A DNA stretch of 64,000 nt, taken from positions 40,798,001-40,862,000 of the forward strand of contig CM052818.1 of NCBI GenBank assembly GCA_028534125.1, read 5' to 3'. This DNA is from Lama glama. Lineage: Eukaryota. The notes beneath the pieces are model-generated. The model was given only the letters and a program-made list of their open reading frames with translations, was not told the origin of the DNA and did not search any database. Within the stretch, counting starts at the first letter, position 1. Each line of letters starts with the position of its first letter. Below are positions 49,384 to 62,559 of the stretch, piece by piece. Made by a program: the position numbers and the translations under genes.

Positions 49384-52300
49384 TTTGGTGATTATCTGTT
49401 ATTATTTGAAACGCACTTTTCAAAAGATTGTTAAAAGACATAGAAGCTCAGAACAGAAATTCAAACAATGTATTTTGAGCTAATTTGGGGTGATTCATAA
49501 ATATACTATTCTCTTAATTCTTTCATTAGTCAACTTCTCAGAAGAATTGAGAACACAGAAACATTAAAAAGGTGGTAATATACTTAGTGGCTTCAAAAAC
49601 ACTAATGCAACTAACAGATTAAAAGTCATTAGATTAGAGCATGCTAAATTTGTCCTTAAAATACACTCTTGTCACCAAATATAGGTTTCTCTGTAGAACT
49701 GAAAAAGTTATTTTTTAATTTAATGTAACTCAAATGTCAATGGTACCCTTGTCTCTCTTCATTCTTTCCTCTTCTTTTCTACGTCACCTTTAGTAGTGGC
49801 TAAGAATAAAATTTTCTGCATGGTTACATTAATATTGTGTCAATATTGCATGAAATTTGGAGGTGATAATTTTGGATAAATTTGGAAAGTGATAATTAGC
49901 TGTGTTCCAGCTAATAATAAGAGCTAACAAACCAGAGATGGGTAGAAAATCCAGGGATGTAGTAAAACAAATTTGCCTTGAGAATTCATTCCTTGATTTA
50001 CATACCTAAAGAGAGAATAGTATTAATCCCCTATCATAATCAGGAAAAACAGAAAGGCAAAAGCAAGGAAGCATGCAAACACACAAACACAACACAAGCA
50101 AAAAAACCAAAGGTTAATGAAGGAAAAGTGGGGGGAGGCAGAAAATGAAGAGTTGAAGGAATATGTAATTATACTTTTAAAAAGAGCATTGGCTTTTTAA
50201 ATTGCAAGGTCATACATGTTCATTGTGGAAAAATAAAAAATCTTTTAAAAAAATGTTAAATGTTAATGTTAAACTCTTTTCTATGTGCACGATATTTTAA
50301 AAACAAAATTGGCTTAAACCCTGCTATTGTACCTCTTTGGTATTTTCTATAGGCCAGTTTTTCCTTATTAAACATCTATATCTGGTTTTCTTTTCCTTTG
50401 TTATTATTTGACGAAAAATAGTACGTAGTATTTGCAATGAAGATTCAGTCTGACTATATAACAGATAATCATCCTCTAAACAATGACCTTAATTTATTCC
50501 AAAAACACAAGGTGGGATACAAAAACATATGAAGTCAAAAGGCTATTACCATAATGCAGAGCCATTCGAAATAAAATGTACTGTATTGTCCATTCCGTTA
50601 ACAGAGTCCCTACTGAAAGCAAATGTTCTCAAATTGTATGTGGCTGCAAAGAAAATTAATGCTGGAACTGTGGCTGTCATTTTCTCTGAGCTTTTCTGAA
50701 TCTTAATTTTAAATGTGGCCAATGTTACCATAATTACTATTTTGTGCACTCATTTTTATGAAGAGCTGCACAAATATTTGCTAGTGTGTCACTTTAGAAG
50801 GAAAAGATACACGGATTTAAATGTAGAGAAGAAAGCATTAGGTAGTTAATGGTGGCTCCAGTGCTCAGATTGTCTATTTCACACCAAGAAGGCCCACTGA
50901 TTGAATGTGGGTGGCATTGTGGCAAAGATTCAGAGTCAAGGTTTTATCTCTTTGTTAATGTAAAAAGTTGTAGTTAATTCTGGAAAAAGAGTGGGGAACG
51001 CATATATTTTTCTAAGGCATTATTATAAAGGGAAACAAGCTTTTTAAAGTGTTAACCATCAGAACATGTAAAATTCAGAAACAGAAAGTTTGAGGGGGAA
51101 GTTCTTATTGATAATTGTGCTTTCCTTTATTTGTGACTCACGCTGGATACTGGCATGGATTGCTATTGAGGGAAATTAAACAATTCCTCTCTGGAGGAAC
51201 ATTATCATAGCTGATCTTATTTCATTTAAATCTGACCCTGACTCAAGCTGTCAACATTTTAAATGCAGGTATTTCCTGATTTAGCAATAGCTCTCCTAGG
51301 AATTTACTTTAATAAGATATGTTCTTAGGTGTATATAGATTTATATACAAGGATATTCATTGTAGCACTCTTTGTAACAGTAAGACACTGGGAAGAACCA
51401 AATACTCACAATAAAGGATACAACTTTAAGTAAATTATGGTATGTTCAAACAATGGAGAAGGTGATGCAGCAAATAAAAATGGTATAGATCTATATGTAT
51501 TAATAAATAAAAAAAAAGACTCCAGGTTTCAAAATGAAAACAGGTTGAAAATAGGTTACTTAGTAAGAATGACTGAAGTTGAGGGATGTGAAGAATTACT
51601 CTTCAAAGTATATTTCTTTACGTTTATTTTTAAAAATAACCATAGGCTTGTATTACTTTTCAAATTAAAAAAAAAAGCTTAAAAAATGTGGTTTTATTTG
51701 TAAAGGGTTAGGAAAAGAAACTAGAAATCTTCAGATGGTTCATTTCCTGCCTAAATACTAAGTTACAAAATATGTACATAGTTCACGGGTCAATTAAAAA
51801 GCAATGTTCTGCAACTTTAGGAGTACCTGAATTTCAAATACAGCTTCAGTATGGCTTTTTAGGTATGAGAGATCACATTTTCTGGTTTCCATCAGAATAC
51901 CTTGGAACTAGTTGTGTGGTCTTAGGCAAGGTATGTCTTTTCTCTGGCCTTTCCAGCCCTACATTCAATCCTTTCTACCATGTTTCTAATGCTTCATTAC
52001 ATAAACTGACTACACGTATATAACAATAGTAATGAATGAAGACTTTCATGTGGTGCAGCGTTATCATGACACATACAAACACATTTATGTATACGACTGT
52101 GATGTAAACTGCATTCCTTCTGAGAGAGGTAGAAAAAAATTGAGAAACTGACCAGGTAGACTCTTAAGTTTACAAAGTTTACGAACTGTAGTCCTTTAAA
52201 TATTTCAAGCACATTAGGATCATTCTGTAAAGGATCATTCTGTACAGACTTCAGTGGAATATATTATTCACTGGGGCAGCCATGTGTGGAAAAAAAATAA

Positions 52301-52764
52301 GCCCAGAGCTGACTTTCTATTAGTATTTTAAGATTCCCACAGATTGGACCCCTTTAGCAAGATAAAAGAGGGCTTTTAACTAAACCCATGAGTAATATCT
52401 TTAATATGATCATTACACTTAAAACTTAATTACCCATGTTATTTTAATTTCTTTTGTCAGTTATGTCACAGAACAACTATTACCGGTAGTTGAACAGATA
52501 TCATTAATGAGTACCTAGGACATCTATTTTGGCTTTTCCTTTATTATATGAGCAAAGACTACAAAGTTGTAACAATGCCTACTTAAACACAACTAGTATG
52601 AACAATGCAGGCAAAATGAAAAGTCCGTAAAAAAATTATCTGTTAGTTACCATAAAGTTAAATTTGAGTTACTGTTTCTGAGCTAAGGTGTTCTCCACTT
52701 TTCCCCAGTTACGTGACATTTTCTAGAAAGAAATGTCTCTTTCCTAGCCAGTTTTTCTGGTCAC

Positions 52765-53082
52765 ATTTTTTTCTTCCAGTTTTAAGGAGATATAACTAAC
52801 ATACAGCACTGTGCATGTTTCAGGTGTACAACATAATGATTTAACTTACATACATCATGAAACGGTTACTACGTAAGTATAGTGAATATCTATCATCTCA
52901 TACAGATACAAATTAAAAGAAAAAGAAAAAAAACTTTTTCCATGTGATGATAACTTTTAAAATTTACTCTCTTGACAACTTTCACATATAATGTACAGTA
53001 GCGTTAATTTTATTAATCATCCCTAGTACTTACTTATTTTATAAATGGAAATTTGTAACTTTTGACCACCTTCATCCAATTT
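52765..53082 (-). mobile_element. LINE-1 3'UTR fragment in GEN1 intron 1
   Basis: 'gagatataactaacatacagcactgtg...ggtgtacaacataatgattt...ttttgaccaccttcatccaattt'. Confidence 0.7.
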
Positions 53083-56000
53083 CTTTTTAAACAACTTTGG
53101 TACCTGAACCTCGAGGCCCGTGTATCTACAGAAATGGATTTGAAAAAGGTTAGACTCTCTCTCATGCTCCCCAGGCATACTTCTATAAAGCAGTAATGGT
53201 CTGCTATGTTTCGTTCATAACCATGAAAGAATTGCTACCATGAAATACGCTTTTTTCCCTCACTTTTTTCTTGGAATCATAGGAATCAAGGACACCTTTT
53301 TAGGAGCAAGCCTCTCTCTCTGACATGCCCTAACAAATCTGTTTGTTTTTTTTTTTCTCTTGTAACTTACCATTAGTTAATTTCCATTAAGCCTTGAATA
53401 ACTGGAAGGCTTTATATAGTCTTCATTTCTTTTAACTAAAAAATGATAGATTAGAACTATGCCAAGTAACAATATTTAAAAGACTGGGGTAGGCATAAGA
53501 ATTGGAAAGTTAGCAGACAGACTTACAGGAAGAGTAATATTTTTAGAGTCAGTTAGAGGCAGACTACACTGGAAAGGACATCATTGCTGGGTCCCCTTTG
53601 AAGACTCTTATTATGATGGAACTCTTCTTCCCTCCCCCTCTCTAACATTTATCCCTTATCATCTGACAACTCCTCCGAGTTCTTGATAAGAATATCTAAT
53701 CCCCTATTTTATCTTTATATGGATGAGTAATATGCATCTAATTCTTGATTCCATCACTTCTTAAAACTGTTCTAGCCCTAGTCATTCTCAAACATCCAGT
53801 TGCTTAGGCCAAAAACCTAGTAGTCATTTTTGACAGTTCTCTTGAATTTGCTCTCTAACAGCAACTTGATCAGCAAGTTTCCTGTCTCCAAAATACATCC
53901 TAAACCCCCATTTCTAATGATCCTCCCCTGGTGCTGCCTGTAGTCTCCTAACTGGTCTCCTTGCTTCCACTTTTTCCTTACCCTCCACCCCTACACAATC
54001 ATTCTGCTCATGGAAGCCAGAATGGTCTTGTTTAAAAATCTAAAACATATTAAAATCATCATCTCTTAGGTAATGGACAGTGAATTTCCTTAAAGGTGAC
54101 ATAACTTCTGCTTGTCACCAGTTAATTTACTTCATTTATGGTGCTATCTTATAGCCAGTTGTAAAATGCAGAAGATATTAAACTAAAATTACAGTGTTCT
54201 AAATGTTAACACATTCTTTTAAAATAGGATTATCTTCAGTAGATCTACAACCCAAGGTCTTTAAGTTCATTCATGTTCCTTTGAAAATCATTTGTAAAAG
54301 GAGAATATTAAAAGAATACTTCAGTAGTTCTAAAGGGTAAATTACGTGAAATATCTATTTTATGAAAAATAACACCATAACATGTTTTAAGAATGTAGTT
54401 AATCCAAAATGTCTATTTCCCTGAGACATCATTTTCTATTCCTTGTCATTTTGTTTTTTGCACCAGCCCTTCCTCTGCAGTGATATTAAGTAGCAATAGA
54501 AAGACGGTAAAGTTATTTAAAGTTCCAAAAAGGGACAGAATGCAACAACTCTTAAGATATTCAAGTACAACTACACTCAAAGACAGAACAGATGGTTCTT
54601 GCATGAGGTCATGATCAACCTGATAAGGTTACTTGAAAATAGCTCAGCATTAAGTAAAATTTAAAAATACTACACATAGCAAACTCACCCAAAACTATGG
54701 ATAATTTTATCTTGCATTTTATTTTAATAGGGTGAAAACTGAAATAACTTCATAGCCTATTAGTGGCTTCAATTTATTTACTTTAGTGAAAGAGCACTGG
54801 ACTTGGGATAGAAAAGCTAGAATTTCAGTCTTGGATATGCACGGACTAGCTGTATGACCTTGAGAAGACATTTAACTGATCTACGAAATGATACATATTA
54901 AACTAGATGAATTATAAGATTCTGATATCCTTTGAATCTCATCACCAATTTTGATAGCTTGGTATTAAAAAAAAATCACTATTTCAGATATTATTGCTTG
55001 GTAGAAAGACCGTGAATTTCTAGTTTAAAGAAAGAGTTTTAAGAATCCCCTTCAGGTTAAAAAAAACCAGATCCCTTTGATGTAACCATATGGTGCCCCA
55101 TAAATCAATTTATGTTTCTAAAACTTCCTTAAAAGCGAGTAAGTTTTTATTGGTTAATTATAAAACTGAATGAGGTGAGAAAAGCACAGAACCTTGCTAA
55201 TTCCACTAATGAATCAAATTTAAAGAACATAAAAAGAAGTCAGCGGTTTGATTTATGCAAAAATATACATTTTATTAAACTAGCAGTTTTCCAGTTTTAT
55301 TTCAGTTTTAAGCAAAAACACTACAATTTTTTTAACAGTAAAGCAGGAAATATTTTAAATTTCCCAATTTCCATTCAGAATGACTCTGTATTTTCATATA
55401 AAGACTGGTAAATTGTACAGTTTATTTCAGCACAGGATTGTATTGTATAGGATTTACCACAGGATTCCACTAATTAATACCGTTTTTTTTTTACTTCTTC
55501 AGCTTTATTTTTATATGAATTTCACTTAAACTTTAAATCATAATATAACCCAGGCTTAACTTACTTGTTACTAATAAATATGTATTAAATGCCTACTATG
55601 CACCAGAACTCTTCTTGGTGGTGCAGATACAGTAATTAAAGATTAAGCCCTGCATTTAAGGAACTTGGCAGAGTGTGATTAGAGATAAAGAGAATTATAA
55701 CAACGGGACAAGTACAGGCACAGAAGTAGGCTAGAGAACTACAGGAGTATATAGATCTAAAGATACCTTATCTAGTCTAGGGCATCAAGGAAGGCTTCCT
55801 ACAGGAAGTGACATCTAAGCGGAGACCTTCCAACTGTGTTGCCCATCTTTTACCAACAAGGACCCCTTAGGCCAGATGTTGTAGTGTTTTCATCTATTTT
55901 GACTATGACATATGTGTATCATGGCAAGGGCCAAAACAGGACCATATATTTGATTATCTTTAGAAATAAAAGTGTCTTATGGAAGGAATTTCATTACAGG

Positions 56001-56708
56001 AGACCGGAAGTTTGATATCAGTTTCTTCGGGGGTGTTTTGGGGTAACGGTAAACACCACTTTTTTTCCATCTAAAAAGCAAGATTTTGGAGTAGAGAAAG
56101 TAGATTATTTAGTTGGTTCAGCGTATCACGAGGAGAGGTGTGTAAAGACAGAAGCGGTAGGTTAAGCCGGGTTGACAGGAGCGCTAAAAGCTAATCCAAG
56201 GAATTTAAATTTCGTTGGTTCCCATATTTATTGTGGGGTTCTACAACATAGGTTCGCACGGGGGAAAAAAGATTGTAAATAAACAACCACAATGCCTTAA
56301 GGTAATCGCTATAATGGAAGTATTTTCAAAACACAAAGTTCACACTGAAAAAGAGGAACACTCAAGTGTGCCGAGGGGGATCCGGGAAGGCTGACCCAAG
56401 AAGGCCTTGGACGAGGCGAGGGAATTTGCCCCACAGCGCGCGGGGGGAAGGACATTGGGGACCCCGTGGCCTTGGCACCGCCCCGGAGTGGGGGGCGGCG
56501 ACACTCCAGGCGCGTAAAGTATTGCCGGATCGCGGCCAGAGGCTCTGGCCGCCGTCCTGCTGGGCTCAAAGGGAGCCGCTGACCGTGTTTTTGGAGGCGG
56601 GCGAACGCGACAGGGACGCCAAGGCAGAGCGTGCCCCCAACCCAGCCTGCAAAGGAGCCAGCGGAAGGGCCCGGGCGGAGTCGCCTCTCCACCACTCTGG
56701 GGACTTAC

Positions 56709-56930
56709 CGGGACAACCCCTTCTCCTTGGCTTTGAAAGACGCCCTTCCGTCATTTACCAGTTTGGCCTGAATCCTAACTATCGCTGCCTCCAAGCTTCT
56801 AGATTTTCTCTTCGCAAAAACAAAAACAAAAACGAAAGAAAAAGAAACAAAAGAAAGAGAAAAGGAAAAACTTGCTCTTTCCATTCCCGATTGAAGACTA
56901 GCCTTTGGGGCTTAGCATCTTGACCCGGAA
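56709..56930 (-). other. GEN1: Putative non-coding exon 1 of GEN1 (5' end approximate)
   Basis: Consensus donor CCG|GTAAGT at 56709/56708 inside the CpG island, oriented toward the first coding exon. Confidence 0.5.
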
Positions 56931-57294
56931 AGCTCCCTGCAAACACTTCGAATTCAGCGCGTTCTCCCACACGGCCCCGCCTCTTCCGGGAAGTGACTGT
57001 CCCCCTTCCCGCGACCGAGGCCGCACACTGCTTTCCCGGCTCCTAGCCGGTCTGTTGTACGCATGCGTGAAGCTGTCGTATGGGGCTCCGAGCTTTTTCC
57101 CTTTCACTTAGGCAAATCACCCGCCTCCCACCTCCGCGTCCTGCAGTCGCCAAGCACGGAGCTCTTGCCCGCTTCCCCCATCCGCCCAGGGGCACTTCCG
57201 GCCCCTCCTCTCAGACGCCAGTGGCGCGAAAACTCCAAACGGCGCACGCGCGGGCGGAGTCCCGGCGGGAGGGGGGGGCGGGGCGCAGGCGCGG

Positions 57295-57477
57295 AGCGTC
57301 CCGCGGTGGGCGCTGGAGCGACCGGGCTCCTGTCTTCTCCCGCGGCGGGCGCACGGTTCCCGGCGGGCCAACGGCGGCCGGCCGAGGCCGAGGCGCCCCT
57401 ACGGTGGCTTTAACGTCTGGTTGCACCGCGACAGCCCCGCGGATCGGGTTCCTCGGGGAGACTTCGACTTGTTCGAG
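57295..57477 (+). other. SMC6: Putative non-coding exon 1 of SMC6 (5' end approximate)
   Basis: Donor-like GAG|GTAGGG at 57477/57478 (alternative AGG|GTGAGG 5 nt further), just downstream of the E2F/NRF1/GC-box cluster. Identity rests on synteny only; no SMC6 coding sequence is seen. Confidence 0.4.
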
Positions 57478-58053
57478 GTAGGGTGAGGGCGCGCGCTGTC
57501 GCTCTCCCTTGCTCCTGGTTCATCCCCCTGTCGCTGCCCCCTTGGCCGGCACCCCGCAGCCCCCTTGGAGGCGGCCGGGTCAGCGGTGCTGCGGTGGTGT
57601 CCAGGCTGCCCCTGCGGCCCGGGCAGGCCAGCCGGGATCTTCGCGCCCTCTCCGCAGGCGGCACAGGTCCCCTCAGCCGCCAGAAACTTGCCCGTGTCCG
57701 CTGGGCCCCTCCCTCGGGCGGCTCTGGCCGCGAGGCTTGCAAATCCCAGCTCGGGCTGCGGGACCCGGCGCCCGGCCCCAGACGGCCCTTTGGCTGTGGC
57801 GAGTGGCTCTAAGGGGGATAAGGGAAAAAGGTGGAGGTTGCGTTCGGATCACCGATCTGGTGCTACTACACAAGGAGCAACTTAAGTATGTTTAAGAGAT
57901 ATATGTAAATATCACTTAAATTGGATTTGTTGTTAAATCCTAATTTCATGAAAATGCAAACTGCATTATCTAGAAAAATTAAATTGTGGTGTTTGGAGGT
58001 TTTATGATGGCATTTCTTTTCCCTCATTTTCCTGTGGAAACGAACTGGAAAAG

Positions 58054-58136
58054 AATCACTATTGGAAATTGCGGAACCACAGGACTCCGGGTAGAGAAAG
58101 AGCTGGAGGACCAATAGGGCTGGAGGTGGTACTGTG
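58054..58136 (+). other. SMC6: Possible second non-coding exon of SMC6
   Basis: Pyrimidine tract 58011-58034, first downstream AG at 58052-58053, purine-rich body, donor GTG|GTAATT at 58136/58137. Confidence 0.3.
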
Positions 58137-59759
58137 GTAATTCCTAGAAGGAGCAACAATTTAGTGTTTATATCCTGAAGACAGAATTTATGTGAGCGAC
58201 TACTACGCTGTATATTTCATGAGTTGGAGAGTAAAAGAAAGTGTTTTAAAGAGAAGCTATTCCGGAAGGTATATTCAAAAGAGAAAAAGTCCACATTCCC
58301 TGGCTTAGACGGCTGCTGTATAATCTTTTAAAATATTGGGTAGCTTATGCACTGGCCTGTGTGGGTGGGGAGGGAGCATATTAGAACTTAGATTTGCTCT
58401 ATCTCATTCTGTTACTGTGTAAAATATGCAGGGTAATAATTTCCTGTGGGGATGTGTATTTACAGGCTTTTTTTTTTCCTTGAAGGTTATAAGTAGAAAA
58501 AAGTTTGGAGATTACTAGAATATTGCCTAAAAACATGTTTTTGTGTAAGACAGAACCAGTGTTGTGTGACTATGGGCAAGTTTACGGTAACACCTCTATA
58601 GAGTTCAGTTCCTGTTCTGTAATTGGAGAAAATAACATAGTACCTAACGCACAGGATTCTTAAATGTGTTGGGGCAGGGGTCCGGGTAGAGAGAGAGAAT
58701 TTCAGTTTTATGTATGTGTCCATCTGTAATTAGTATAAAGTATTAGAATTGAGTCTGGCAGAAAGTCAGCACAAATGGCATGTTAAAGTGGTTACAGTGA
58801 AAAACAAGTTTTATTCCCGAAAGTTTATTTTACTGAATATATTTTACTGAGTGCCTGGATGTAGAATTTTGTATAGATACAATTTTGACTATCATTTTTA
58901 GACCTAAGTTAGGAAAATTAATCAAAGCTGCACTTAGCTTACTTTCAGGAATTAATAAATAACTCAAACTTTTACCGTAATGGTATGCTTTGTATGTAAG
59001 ACATAATTAAACCTCAGAGTTACACGCACACCCACACACACATTCACGCACTCGTAAGTCCAGAAAACTGAGGGTCAAGGGTAGACACTTACATTAATGT
59101 TAGTGTTTTTGATTCACTAGTTAATAAGATACATCCTTCTCACTCAACATACTTTCCCTGGTAAACAAATTCAGAATAGTTTCTGTGGCTTTCTTAGCTC
59201 CACTCCCAAATCCACCTCTACTGCAGAGTATATTTTACTGCCCACCAGCCTGTCTTAGTATCCTAGGAACACTTCAAGCCCAGTGTTTTCAAGCAAAATG
59301 TGTTATTTATCCTCTCTCCTTGCCAAACCTGCTCAGTCTACGGATAATGGCATTTAGCATTTAAGAATGAAGGCTGTTTCTGAAAATTAAACACAAAATG
59401 AAATTTTATAAAGTAAGCCCAAAGTTTTAATTAGAGGGACACGTTACATAAGAATTCTTTTTGTAGTTGTATATATTAACAAAGGGTAGACAAGAAGATG
59501 AGCAGATTAATGGCCAGTTTCACTGCCTATACATAGTCAAACTTGGCTAAACTCAGTTTATGCCGGGAGGAACTTGGGCATTAAAGAGCAGTGACTTTGG
59601 GCTTTGACAAACCTGAGTTTGGATCTAGGCTCTGTTAAAAGTCATAGCTACATAAGTCCGGATATCTGTTAGTTGAGTCTCAATATCCCCTTTTGTAAAA
59701 TAAGGACAATATTTATCTCCTAAGGGTGTTGAGGATTAAAGAAAAGGTTTGTACTTCTT

Positions 59760-60120
59760 AATCCCTTTCACTTATTTCACCCTTCCCCCTCCTCTCCTCT
59801 CTGGCAGCTATCCATTTGTTCTTTGTATCTATGAGTTTGTTTTCATGTGTTTTGTTTCTTTTGTAGATTCCACATATAAGTGAGGTCATATGGGTATTTG
59901 CCTTGTCATATGGGTATTTGCCTTTCTCTGACTTATTTCCGTTAGCATAATACCCTCTAGATTCATCCATGTTGTTGCAAATGGCGAGATTTCATTTTTA
60001 ACAGCTACATAATATTTGTGTGTGTATGTGTGACATCTTCTTTACCCATTATCTGCTGATGGACACTTAGGTTGCTTCCACATCATGGCTATTGTAAATA
60101 ACGCTGCAGTGAACATTGGT
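59760..60120 (-). mobile_element. LINE-1 3' fragment
   Basis: 'tagattccacatataagtgaggtcata...gattcatccatgttgttgcaaatggc...gatggacacttaggttgcttcca'. Confidence 0.85.
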
Positions 60121-61899
60121 ATGCCTGCCACTGCTTTTGTTCAGCACCCCTTATCCTTTAGAGACAGGTCTCTTTTGCCCTGGTTCTCACTCACTCTGCC
60201 TCATCTGTCTTCTGTATTGAGACCACAGGGATTTTTTAAAAACACAAAATGCATGTTCAAATTTTATCTGAAGTGCTATGCTTAGTACTTTCCAGTTTTG
60301 CTCATCTGGAATTGTTTAATTGCATAGACTAATGAATTTTTCACTTATTTATATTACTATCTATTGCATCTCATATGATTTCATGATATATTTCAAGCAG
60401 TGTGCTTAATTAATTCAGTGTGTTAAAAATTAGGCTGTAGTGTAGAATGAATATGTCCGTGGTGGTAGGAGGAGTGGAACTGGGAATGATGTAAACAGCC
60501 CATGGCATATACACAAGCAGCAGCAATTTGCCTTTTTTAACTACTATTTTCTGTTGGTAATTGCGGTTCTCTTATGTCTGTTCTCACTGCTGGTAGCCCC
60601 TACATTGATATTAATGGGAAGTGTGAATTATTAGGTACTCAGAGTAAAATTTACAATTTAGAAATTTATAATCCTGTTAAAATTCTTTTGGTTGCTATCA
60701 AATTTCCTATGTATATATTTGCTGTAATTAACCCTTGGTTATTGGTTTTTCTTCTTGAACTTATTTTTATTGATAATTTGCATATTTGTTACTGTTCCTG
60801 CTCTAATGGAGTTTGCTTTCTGTGAGAGAGAAATATGTTCCTTAATTTTGATTTTTTATTGTAAATAAACAAATATTAAAGACTATAGGGAGCTTTATGG
60901 ATGTATTGAAAATTCCAGAGGAGCTTCTTCCCCCCCCCCTTTTTTTATGTAATACAGAATATTTAAAAGAATTTTTCTTTGCATCTATTTATATGTCTCT
61001 TTAGCTTATTGGAAGCAATTTTACTGTTTTAACCTGTGTTTAACTCTCAGGACAGTCATATGTGTTTTTAAAAATCCATTATCAGTAAATTACAGAGTGA
61101 TTCCCTTTTTAAAAGGTAGGATCCTTCTGTGTCTGTTAGATGCAGGTTACTATGGCAACCTAACAGCAAACTGCAAACCCCAGGCCAAGCACAGCAAATA
61201 AAAAACATCGTCGTCATGTAGCACTGTCTTCTGTGTGGTATAGAATCTCACATTCATTGTGAAAAGCTAATCAGCTAATCACATATACCTTCGTGCCTCT
61301 TCTTCCCCCCAATTTTATTTGAAAAAGTACCATTTTCTAATGGGAAAATACTAAAATCAATCAGCTGATGTTTGAGTGTCTGCTCACTGCAAGATCATCT
61401 ATTAAGCATTAATAAAAGCAGTGTCTAAAAGGTTATTTAATGTTGGGAAAACCAAGAAGTAATGCTTTATCTTTGCTCTTCTATAATAAATAAATGTCTG
61501 TAATTGAGAAAAGAACAGCGGTAAGAGTGGGAAAGAAGGAGGTGTGGGGAAAATAATGGCCTGGTGGTATTCTAGGGAATTGAAATTAGCAACAAGCTGA
61601 AACCAATATACATTAATTCTTGCTGCTATTAAATAATTTGAGAATTATGTTTGATTTTCAAGTTCTAAAGTAAGAGATTCAAAATAAGCATTAAGTTATT
61701 TGTTAAAAAAAAGATACTGAATGTTATGTATTTGTGACTATAACGCTAATACTGTCTCAAAAAAGCATTTGTTTAGGTTAAATGTCCTTTGGACGTTAAC
61801 TAATAAACTCTTTAAATGGTGTTTGATTTATCATGATAAATTAGGTTCCTTGTTGCCTTCAGAATAGGATAAAGTCGAAGTTTTTTAATGTTGTTTACA

Positions 61900-62065
61900 A
61901 CAATTCTTATTAGACTTTAATGTGCTTGTGAGTCACCCGAGACCTTGTTAAAATGAAGATTCAGATTCACTTGGTTTAAATTGAGGCCTGAAATTCTGGA
62001 TGTCTAACAGGTTCCTAGGAGATGTGACTGCTACTTGCTAGTCCTTGGACCACACTCTGTATATC
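61900..62065. mobile_element. MER5-like hAT-Charlie MITE
   Basis: 'gtcacccgagaccttgttaaaatgaagattc...gaggcctgaaattctg...tctaacaggttcctagg...ggaccacactctg'. Confidence 0.7.
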
Positions 62066-62178
62066 ACGTCTACCAGTCATTCTGTGGCTGGCCTCTTTGC
62101 TGCCCTACCTTTATTATTTGCTACCTCTACCTTATAATTTATAACACAGTATCATGGACATGCTTATAGTATTTCCTA

Positions 62179-62505
62179 CAGTAGCAGTTTGCCAAGTGGT
62201 ATCCAGGGGTCCATGAGACTCTTTCAAAGCATCTACAAGATCAAAATTGTTTTCATAAAAATATTGAAATGTTATTTGCGTTTTTCACATTCATTCACTT
62301 ATGACTGTACAGTGGAGTTTGCCAGAGGTTACAAGACGTGTGATGATACCATTGCTATGACAGCTGATGGTATGTGTACTTGTATGTTGCTTGTTTTAAT
62401 GTTTTTCAGTCTTATTTACAATATGGTAAAATTTAAAAACAAACGCTCTTTGAGGTCTTTTGTACTTTTTAAGACAACCACATCCTTTGGGAACTGCTGC
62501 TCTAG
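62179..62505 (+). mobile_element. Charlie1-like hAT DNA transposon, internally deleted
   Basis: 'caaaattgttttcataaaaata...tgttatttgcgtttttcac...tgtacagtggagtttgccagaggttacaagacgtgtgatg', ending 'tttgggaactgctgctctag'. Confidence 0.65.
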
Positions 62506-62559
62506 AGTTTTTTAGTCCTTATGCACAGAGACTCACATCTGGAACTTTACCAGAGCTCT

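Larger units (their letters stand above)
56360..57860. promoter_or_regulatory. CpG island; bidirectional GEN1 (-) / SMC6 (+) promoter
   Basis: Sharp GC/CpG-rich block within AT-rich flanks. Contains ETS CCGGAAGTG (57193-57201), E2F TTTTCGCGCC (57223-57232), NRF1-type GCGCACGCGC (57242-57251) and GCGCAGGCGC (57283-57292), and GC boxes. Head-to-head GEN1/SMC6 is established in mammals. Confidence 0.85.

Noticed and set aside
56309..57895. Many overlapping 60-185 aa ORFs in the CpG island
   Set aside because: Stop-codon scarcity in GC-rich DNA; R/P/G/A-rich translations without homology, mostly non-ATG starts.
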